The position numbers and the translations under genes were made by a program. Positions 53,960 through 64,000 of a stretch of 64,000 bases of DNA are shown one piece after another; the stretch's first letter is position 1, and each line of letters opens with the position of its first letter. The stretch is from Octopus vulgaris. Taxonomy: Eukaryota. The DNA lies in contig OX597818.1 of NCBI GenBank assembly GCA_951406725.2, positions 9,548,001 to 9,612,000 of the forward strand, in the 5' to 3' direction. The notes below the pieces were generated by a model. That model made no database searches and was not told the DNA's origin. It saw only the letters and a list, made by a program, of their open reading frames with translations.

Positions 53960-55045
53960 ATTTAATTATCCATAGTCTGATATAATAATAATATTTCGGA
54001 ATACAAACATTCTTTCTTCAGATATCGTTAGGAATTGATCGACTCACTGCTATAATCGGTGTTCCAACGGTTACTGAAGTTATTATGTTTTTTCTTTTCG
54101 GTAGCGTGAGAAGTGCGTGAGGGCGGCCATGTCTCAAGCGTGTTGGCACATCCGCAGCGCTGCTCCTAAGTTATGTATTATACGTGCAGTTTCTTTTTCT
54201 TTTCTTTTTTTTCATAATATATGAGCATGTTATCAAACATGAACCTACACGCATCCAGATGTAGCTAAATGATATATTGATTGCCAACCTCCAGCCTGTT
54301 GATATCTGGGGCCCTAGTCTGCCTATGAGAATAGCTTCCTTAATTCTTAGATTAACCAAGTTTTTTTTATTAACCTCAATTGTGACTGTTATGCTTTTGT
54401 CGGTGTTCCGGCATCTGTCTAGATGTTTTCTGAAAGAGGAGGTTCTTGTGTTCAGATGTTCTTTGGTGCGAATGTGTAACGGTCTTGTTGTGCTACCCAC
54501 ATAGAAATTGTCGCATTTGTTACATTGTATTATATACATAACATTTACTCGTGTGGCATAAATTTGTGTCACGGTTGGGACAGTTTCTTAGTGTGCATTG
54601 ATTTTTGTCCCTTGTTCGTTTCTTTGCGAGATGTCTTCTCAGAGAGGGGCCGGAGTGGGCTAGTTGTATGTTTAATCCTTTTCTTATAGCTCTTCGGATG
54701 GCTGTAGTTACCTTCTCGCTAAAATGGGGTATTTTAAGGAAGCATGTGTTGCTGGGTTTTCTGTGTGTTCGGTGTGTTTGTCGTCTTGGGTACTTAAGCC
54801 GATTTACTATGGATATAGGGTACCCGCTGGTTTTCAATATCTCTAGGAAGCGTGTGGTGTTGGTCACCTTGCCCTCTGTCCTGCTGCACTTGATCTGGAT
54901 GCGTGGAAGTTCATTTCTGGCGTATCCTATTTTGACACCGAGTGGAAGGGCTGAACTGTACTGAACAACCATATCTCTACGGCCTGCTTCCCTGTAGAAC
55001 TCGGTATGCATCTCTCCTTCTTCCATTATTTTCAGTTGGAAAACA
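53960..55045 (-). mobile_element. Penelope-like retroelement, 5'-truncated (RT thumb/linker + GIY-YIG endonuclease)
   Basis: YSSALP..SGYP..LKIPHFSE, then NVMYIIQCNKCDNFYVGSTTRPLHIRTKEH..RIKEAILI..P. Degenerate HHR CTGAAGA..GAAT/ATTC..GAAATAT at ~53990-54022. Confidence 0.92.
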
Positions 55046-55720
55046 TACATACATACATACGTGGTTGACTACTTGAGGAGGGAAGAGAACTGCTTCTAGC
55101 TTTAAGGATGTTCATAAACAGTGATCAACATACATATATTTCTATATAAATTATTTATTTATTTATTATCACTTCCATGAGATGCATTTCTTAAAGTCAC
55201 AGGTGTATACCACTAGTGCGTCCTCCTTTCGGACTCGTCAGCACGATATATCTCGGGACTTGAAATAAATTTAGCTTATTGTATTTCCCTATTCTTTTTT
55301 CCAACAGTAGAGAAAAGATGTAATGAGAGACTTGCAATTAATTAAGCTAGAGAAAGAAATTTCTTAAATGCTAGTAAAGTACTTCCAGTGCAGATTTGCC
55401 TCGCTTAAAATTTCTTTGTGTAGACTGTTAATGTTCTTTCTGTGAACAAATACATTAGCTCGTACTCGTATGTTCTTCTCGAGTGCAAAATGTGCATTTT
55501 CTAGCCGCATTTTCATGTCGTGTTATCTGTCGGGATGATTTAGGATTGGTATCATTTTTTTTATCTCACAGTGGCATCTTGTCACCTGTTTATATGGATG
55601 ATATCAGAAATACAACCAGAGACTTAGAAGCATGTGGTTGACTACTAATGAAGGGGAGAGAATCGTTTACAGCTTTAAGCATTTAGATGAATTTATATTT
55701 ATATTAAACAGTGCAAAACA

Positions 55721-55828
<108 letters not shown>

Positions 55829-56734
55829 ATTTATAAAGACGTTCTTGTGTCTTTTATATTTTAGAGTTTCGGCCAGATGATAAATGCAGAGCAACGTAAA
55901 GCTGGATGATAATGAGTGTTAAAGTAAATTATATTGAAAGATATTCGTTCTGCCTATCTGTTACAAATGTAACATGAAACCCATTTAGTTATGAGCCACA
56001 TGAATGTTGTTTAGAAAAAGGTTTATTACTAAGAATGCTGCTTTTCTGTAACGGTGGAGATTACTACACGATCCACAATGAAATTTCTAAGTGTCCAATC
56101 ACCTGATCGAAGATGAGCAATGAAAATCTAGATTTAATTTCGATTTATACTTGATGTGTACAAGTTTTTGACTTCCGTGCTCATGTCGCTTGAAAGAATG
56201 GCCACAAAGAGAAAGTGTTACTAAAAAAGGAAAAGGAGTGAACCAAGTAAATATGTGCAGGCGTAACCTTGTCTCGGCAAATTGCTAATACTGCGGGTGA
56301 TGAAATGAGACCACAGAAACTTGGCAGAGGGAAAATATTTGCATACTAATCACAAGTTTCTTATACGGATCGGGTTTTCAAAATTTGCATAACCAAGGCT
56401 AAATAATTGGATCGATGACAGAAAAAACGTCTGTACAGTTGAAAGACACCGAAAATACGCTATGTCGTGCCTTGTTTGTAATTAACCTGACACCCAGCCT
56501 ACGATATTCCATTATCGGTGTATCTTCTGATTATAGTGGAATTCTTTTTAAGTCCTATTCCACTGAAGTTTAATGCCTAGAAATAACTTTTTAGTAATGA
56601 GATATAAATAGAGAAGATATATTGCATTATGTGTGTATGTGTATAAATTTAATACAAAGACATACATACATACATACATACATACATACATACATACATA
56701 CATACATACATACATACATACATGCATGCATACA

Positions 56735-57203
56735 GGTGTTGAAATCAGCTGCGCAGCGTATGTTAATATAAAGCTAAATATCAGCAAAAAAGAAGATACC
56801 TACACTGTACTATGGAGGAATTTACAGCTACTCTATCTAGATTAGAAGTTGAGGTTTATACCTGTAATTATTGGGATATTGGGATATGTAACATATTGCC
56901 TAGATACCAATCTTGAGAATTTAAGCTTCCCAAAAAAACAGAAAAGAAAAGCTGATTCAAAGACTACATATCCAAGCCATCAATAGAAACGTAAAAATCT
57001 GTAAAACTTTGAGCATGTCTAGACATGCAGCTATATGCATGAGAATATATACATAAAATAAAACGCACAAATTTAGACATATACATGCATAAAAAAATAC
57101 CCTTTTATCTTGTTGAAACTCTAATGAAGGAGCCTTAGATATTGGTTAGAAACCAGATCTTTCTCTATTAGCAAGAAATCTTGAAATAAAACTGAATAAT
57201 GAC
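56735..57203 (+). mobile_element. R4/Dong-like RLE LINE 3' fragment inserted in (CATA)n
   Basis: VEISCAAYVNIKLNISKKEDTYTVLWRNLQLLYLD*KLRFIPVIIGILGYV resembles the R4/Dong RLE C-terminus. (CATA)n lies on both sides. Confidence 0.75.
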
Positions 57204-58990
57204 ATACATACATACATACATACAGACAGACATACAGACATACATACATACATACAGACATACAGACATACATACATACATACATACAACACATACATAT
57301 AAAGCCGTTTCACTTGGCTCTTTTAGTGTGTATCTTGCTTTTAAGAACTTTTAGGCAATATAGAGAAATGTGACAAGAGAGAGGAAATGCTGTGCTGAAT
57401 ATTGTGACTGTTAATTTTGGAATCAATTGCAATTTAAATTCTATGTATGTATCTATTAAAAACAATTATCCTCATTTGCCTCACTGCTATCAGTATTATT
57501 ATTTTACTACCAACATTGTGTTTCACAAGCATTTATTCTGTAACTTGCTCTAAGTATTTACTACTTATCAGCACATAGTACCTTTTTACCCAGCAGGGTT
57601 AACATATTCATATCATGTATGCACGCTTGTAGGGACATCATATCCTCCCACCCATAAGTTAAACTCATAATACCAGTGGTCTCTTTCTTAGATACCTAAC
57701 AGCTGGTCCTCTATACAGTTGCTATTGCACATCAGGCAGATTATTTTCAATTTATCAAATTATTGCAGATATTTTCAAATATATTTTAAGCAATATTTCC
57801 TTCCGCCAGATTTCAATCTTTAATATTAATAAAGATATTATGATTAAAAAAATTAAATTATGAAAATTCGTTTTGATGCATATCTTGATTTCTGAATTTG
57901 ATGCATTTTGTAGCATATATTTAGTATCATAAATCTAACATTAAATTAATTTCAGTAATTTCTGATAATTATGTCAATGCAAAGCCACCTCAAATTTTTG
58001 TTATTGATTTTTAAAATACTGTTTGCTTCATATCAACAAAAAATTCCACAAATAGTTACATATACCCCTTGAGTTAGCACAACGCGATAGCAAATTCGTT
58101 CCTCAAAACGTTGTTAGATCGTAGCGTTTCATTATTAGATTATTTCCTGATAAGTCATTATTGAATTTCATAATCATAAATATTTTATATTCAATTATGT
58201 TATCTCTTCTGTAGAAGCATCATATATTGATATGTAAGTGTTTGTGATATTTATCTATATTACACATGCTTTCTTCCCGATTTATATGTAAATTGTGGCA
58301 CGCCCATAACTTTATACTCTTCCAGGCGTGTATGTATATATGTGTGCATGTATGCATGCATGCTGTATGTTTGCTTGTAGTTATTTTGTCTGTCTGTATG
58401 CCTATAATGTATGTACGTATGTATGCATGTATGTATGCATGTATGCAAACATTTACATGTTTTACTAGTTATTCAGAAAAGGGAGGGAACTTCTCAAGGT
58501 ATTTAAACGTTCTCTCAAGACTTTGAACTTGTAGACTATATATCAATCTAAACATCTTTAGGTGGATAAATTTAATACTCTATAGCGTTTCGACGATGGA
58601 ACAGAACGTTGTGAAAAGTGCTTGGTGTACGACTTGTTAGACATGGTAGAGTAGGTTGATTAAAGGAAAGTATGAAATCCCTGTGTCATATGTGCTCGGA
58701 TGGTAAGCATTACAACGTTCAGATTCACAAGAGTGAAAATCATTGTACTTTAGAGTGAGTGTATGAGAGTATAGATGCATGAAAGTACTTTTTAATCCAA
58801 TGAATTCTTCCCATAAATAATGGTTTGGTTTTTAACCGAATCAATGCTCTATTCTGGAGTAGCTTTAGCAACAATTGCTAAGTGACACATATTTTGTTCC
58901 GTTTTACGAATCGAATTACCACAATATAAAATATGTATCATTTTTTTTACCTGGTAGCTCCTGTTTTACGAGATTATTTTCTAGATACTG

Positions 58991-59097
58991 TGGTTGTATA
59001 CTGTCAACTTAACGTGACTGTCCTGTAAGGGAATTACACCACCGCTGTTTAGCCCTAGGAAGCATCGACGCTTCCTGTCGGCCTTGACACATTTCCT
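58991..59097 (-). mobile_element. Fragment of the 31653 repeat family (3' structured end only)
   Basis: TGGTTGTATACTGTCAA..ACACCACCGCTG..TAGCCCTAGGAAGCATCGA..TTGACACATTT shared with 31655-31760. Confidence 0.8.
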
Positions 59098-61118
59098 ATA
59101 AAAGTACGTATGCATCTTCCAGTCTCTATATCTTTATATATATTTGTATATTCATCTATTTTAGAGTACATTATCCAATTTTTAGCTACATTCGTTTATA
59201 ATTGGATATATGATGGTAGGCCTTTCAATTGATCCTTCTTATACAGTACTGTCTCAATAAATATCAGAAATTTTCAAACGTTTTCCGACTTCTTAAACTT
59301 TGTTACCATCTGAAATTATTGTTGTATAATTGTCCTGGTTAGACATCGTGGCCTTATCGTTAGGCTGTTGTTTCGAGATTTGATATTTAAAATTCTCTGC
59401 ACACTCATAATGGACGTATGTGGAAGAAATTAACCATCTATATTTTGGTAGGATGTTCTATAAATAGAAACGTAGGTGCCATCGGAAGTGTTTCTGCATC
59501 GTAGTGCTACCTACTAGAATTATCAGCTTTATCTGTCTCAAATCGCGTCATACATGCAGTCTTTAAATAAGGAACGATAAACTAGATGATGCATGTATTA
59601 TATATCTGAAAAGACAGAATATCACTAGTTACAATATCTTTGATTATAAGCCTTTTCAAGCAAGGCTGGAAATGTGCTAAACAACATCTATGGCAACGTC
59701 AATGGTAGCAGCAACAACGATTGCTACTACACGAATAATTACACTCCTTTTGCCTCTTGTTAAACTAAACCAAAACTAGTTTCCTTCCATTTTCTAAGGT
59801 ACTTCTGGTAATTCAGCTCTTACATAAATTATTTTTCCTTGTCTAGTTCAGGTCAAGCAAACATGGAACTAATAGTATTCATCTCTTTTTTCCTTCATAA
59901 TGTATCTTGCACTATGTCATCTACTGTATTCTTCTTCGTTTTTCAAGATAGTATGATTTGCTTGGAAGGAGGATTTGGCTGCTACTTCTAACATATTAAG
60001 TGAAGAGTTAGGATTTCTTTCGCGGACATTTGATATTTTACAGATATAATAGTCGAGTTTCTTAAGTTGGTAAACATCTCCGAGGGATTTCTGTCATTTT
60101 GGACAAAGTCCTTAGGTGAAAAAAATTAATTAAAAAGGGAACGTCTTTTGTGAAAGAAAGACAAGTGGTGAGGCAGAAAATTATTTTATGTTACAAACTC
60201 AGTTTGAAAACAATAAATACAAATTTCTACTAACAAATATACTTTTTGCCGGCAGATATTTCCACAAATCTTCTTGGATACTTTTCATTCTTTGGTTTGT
60301 TTTTAATGTTTATTTTTACTTAACGTTTGAAATAGTTTGTTAGACTGCGGTACGAAAAGTAAAGATTTTGCAACACAGCTTTAACTAAAGTTAGGAGAAG
60401 CTTCAGAGAATTATTATTTCAAGTAAATATATTTTTAGGAATCCAAACACCCAGGTGTCAGTGATGCACAGATGGTAATAGTAATAGTTAATCACAATAT
60501 AAATAAAGGAAAAGGCCAGAAACGAAAACACGAGGCAATTTACTAGCGCATGATGCGCTAACATTACTTAAAAATTCAATCTAATATTTCACTCTTTAAT
60601 CTTAGAAATAAAGGAGATGCCAAACTTAGTTACTCAAATAATCCATGAATAGCAGAGAGGAACGTCCTGGCTGGAATGTCCTGGATGTATCTCAGGACAG
60701 TCTTTAAGAGATCAAATGATCATCATCGATACTTAGCAATACCTGGACTAACAACGTCAGTGAGAGAAGCTAACGAAAAGTTTCCCTATTCACCCTAGGG
60801 TTGCACTAAACAGCAAATAAATTCCCTTGCAATTATCTTTGTCTTTCAATAAGGGAATTCTAAATACGCTCTTCCTTATTAACAGACGAGTTATTTTGGC
60901 GGATGTCTTTGATCATTTGTCGTATCAATTAGAGATGAGGTCGAGTGTAAGAATATATCAGTACAGTGTTAAAACAGCATACATTAATAAAATATTTTCA
61001 AATAACATATGTAAATGTGTGAGTACGTGCATTATATGCTTACAAACCTACATCCATACATACATACATTCACATATGCATACATACAAACATACGATTA
61101 TATATATGTGTGTGTATG

Positions 61119-61211
<93 letters not shown>

Positions 61212-61904
61212 ATGCATGCATTCGCACATACATATACACATACACTCTCGTAAATACATACATACATACATACACACATATACATACTAGTTGAATGGGT
61301 TGGAATGTTTGGGTTAACGGATGACGTTGACCATAACTTCAGGAAGAATTTATTGTGAGTCTTGTCATCTGTGGAGTCTGCTTATACCGAATTTTCCTTC
61401 ATTTATTTACTTTATAAACCAATGATGATGGAAACAAAATACAAAACAAGAATAGTAGCATCTTGTTTCATTCTATATCCTTCAACACGGGAAAGATATA
61501 AATAATTATTTTGCACAATCATGTCTTAGAAACGTCTGAAGAAAACGTCCACATCTGTGCTGCCTCTCAGAAAACTACGTTCGCTGTCTTTCCATTCTCA
61601 AATCACAATGAATAAAAACCATTTTTCTAAAATAGTTTGTGCTTTTATTTTCATTTTCAAGATATTTTGTTCTGTTTATTATATTACATTTTTGTTTGTT
61701 TGCGATTTTTTTTTTTTTTTTGCTTTAGTTTTTCTTCCTTTTTCTTTCTTGCTTGCTAAGTTTTCAATAAAATTGAAATAAAAGAAGACATGAAAATAAA
61801 ATAAAACAAAAGAAATAAATGCTATAATCACGTCTTGAAGGGATGAAATATTATTATCAGATGACTTGAAATAGTCATGAATATTCAATTTCACTGTTTT
61901 TCTT

Positions 61905-61906
61905 TT

Positions 61907-61941
<35 letters not shown>

Positions 61942-62185
61942 ACATTCTATCTATCTCTCTTTCTATTTCTCTGTCTTTCTCTTTCTCTTTCTCTCTCTTT
62001 CACTCTCTTTCTATCTCTCTCCGACTCTCTGTCTCTCTCTGTCTCTCTCTTCCTCTCTCTCTCATATACATTCTATCTATCTCTCTTTCTATTTCTCTGT
62101 CTTTCTCTTTCTCTTTCTCTCTCTTTCACTCTCTTTCTATCTCTCTCTCCGACTCTCTGTCTCTCTCTGTCTCTCTTACTCTCTG

Positions 62186-62260
<75 letters not shown>
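61905..62260. repeat. Polypyrimidine (CT)n-rich tract with an internal ~120-bp duplication
   Basis: ATACATTCTATCTATCTCTCTTTCTATTTC..CCGACTCTCTGTC occurs twice. Confidence 0.85.
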
Positions 62261-62263
<3 letters not shown>

Positions 62264-63053
62264 CCTCTTCTTTATCACGCTATCTATTTCCCCGTCAAAC
62301 ACTTTTTTGTGTTTTACCTCGTAAATTATTCTTTTTATCTTTTAATATTAATCATAACTGTAAAATTTTTCCCTTATACACTCTACATTGTTGGTTCTGT
62401 TCTTTTTTTAAATGCGTGAGTATAGATGTGAATAGATGTATGTGCATGTTTAGATGTCAATGTGTATGTTTATTATGCGTGTGAGCAAAAACACACAGAT
62501 CGTGTAAATTGGGAGTGTTTTCTTTTTATTATAATTTAATGTGTAAAATCTTGTTTGCCTTTACTGTGTATGTGTGAGTATATGAGTATTCTTGTGTTCT
62601 CTGCTAGTGTCTGTATGTGCATGTGTGTGAATATTTTATGCAAAATGTTGAAGATTGCAAAATTTGGCTTTGTGTTTTCACACAAAATTAAATCGAAGCA
62701 AAGAAATAAAAAAAAAATCACTGAAAACAATGTCGCAATAAAATTCCACAAAATTTGGTTGACATTCTTTTCAGTTTCAGCGTTACGTTACATAAGAAGT
62801 GAAAAAAATTTTTCAGCACATCCTATGACCATGTAACTAATTGATCCCTATTTAGTATTTATATTTCGAAAGAGTTTTGTGTGGTTTGCGTTCGTGGGGT
62901 GGCGTTTTTGTGGTTCTTCAAAGAGGAAAATTGTTATGGCATTAAAATATTCAATGATTCTTAACTAGGACACAATTTTACATAAAATTATAACCCACAC
63001 ATTTACGACACATCACACATTGTGTGTGTGTGTTTGTGTGTGTGTGCCTATAA

Positions 63054-63103
<50 letters not shown>

Positions 63104-63326
63104 CTATGTCTATAATTATACGTGCACATATATATGTAAATATATATTTATATTTATAATTATATATCTCTCTCTATATATGGATATATATTTATGATTA
63201 TATTTATGTATATACATAGACACATACATATATATGTGTGTGTAAGTGTTTGTATAAAATTGTATATACGCACAAATATTCATATATATGTATGTTTATA
63301 TATACCTATGTGTGCACGTGTATATA

Positions 63327-63372
<46 letters not shown>

Positions 63373-63420
63373 CAGGTAGGTAGGTAGGTAGGTAGGTAGG
63401 TAGGTAGCTATTTATGTGTG

Positions 63421-64000
63421 TACGTAGTCTGATCAACAAGTATCCGAACTGTTGCCATAGACAGGAAGGTAAAGCACGCAGTGTGAAACTGCCTGGCACA
63501 AATTGAACTCTGCCGTGCATGGGTTCTAAGTTTTAATTTTCTAGCTCACTTCTGCTGTTTATAGAAGTACTTGGAAGGAAGGTGGGTAGCGTATGATCGT
63601 CGCATTGGCCATGACAGAAAAAGTTGAACAGAAAATATGCATCAAATTTTGTTAAAAGCTTGGCGATACCTGATCAAAGGCCTATGCAAAATGTTCAAGA
63701 CATTTTCCTCATTCTCGACACAATCAAGGAGATCTTGTGCAACTGAAGCCCGAGAGTCTTTATGGTTAGCTGAAAGCAGTTTTGGCACAAACATGGTACA
63801 CACACGTCTCATACTCAAATCTTCAGTGATAATGGACTAAACCGAACCGTAACTCATCTTCTAATAACTCACAGATGGCGATTCAACGATATCCTCTTAC
63901 AGCTGCACGCACATCTGCGATGTTTTTCTTCGTTCTGCTGCTTGTGGGTCTCCCAGAACGTTCGTCAATATCGACATATTTTCGGCCATCTTGGAAACGT
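63421..64000. mobile_element. Rearranged mariner: plus-strand 5' end joined to minus-strand transposase segment
   Basis: TACGTAGTCTGATCAA.. TIR-like start and MTEKVEQKICIKFC on + (63611). Then on -, RFQDGRKYVDIDERSGRP..LSMRRVCTMFVPKLLS..QDLLDCVENEE (64000-63700). Confidence 0.8.

Noticed and set aside
56190-56460. Weak resemblance to a hAT/BED-finger N-terminus
   Set aside because: Too degenerate to call by eye.
57114-57165. CTAATGA..GAAACCAGATC hammerhead-like string in the Dong-like 3' UTR
   Set aside because: G5 is missing and stems I and II do not abut the core. Cannot be supported from one copy.

Overview
AT-rich, microsatellite-saturated metazoan DNA. The tRNA-derived SINE families and repeat landscape suggest an octopus/cephalopod genome (inferred, not proven). 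I found no convincing host protein-coding exon, and nearly all six-frame ORFs are translations of simple repeats. The window is a patchwork of transposon remnants: a Tx1/L1-like LINE plus two older copies; CR1, HERO-like and R4/Dong-like 3' fragments; a Penelope-like (GIY-YIG) fragment; several Tc1/mariner relics; a non-autonomous Helitron; and about 12 SINE copies. The unexplained signal is a high density of hammerhead-ribozyme (HHR) motifs. Minimal type-I HHRs sit in 315-505 nt direct repeats (retrozyme-like) and at the centre of long palindromes. Two sequence-unrelated elements (33375-33464 + and 41353-41464 -), plus a truncated third (37255-37299 -), carry HHR core elements in a scrambled, pseudoknotted order that is not a circular permutation of types I-III. 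All structures were folded by eye and none was tested.
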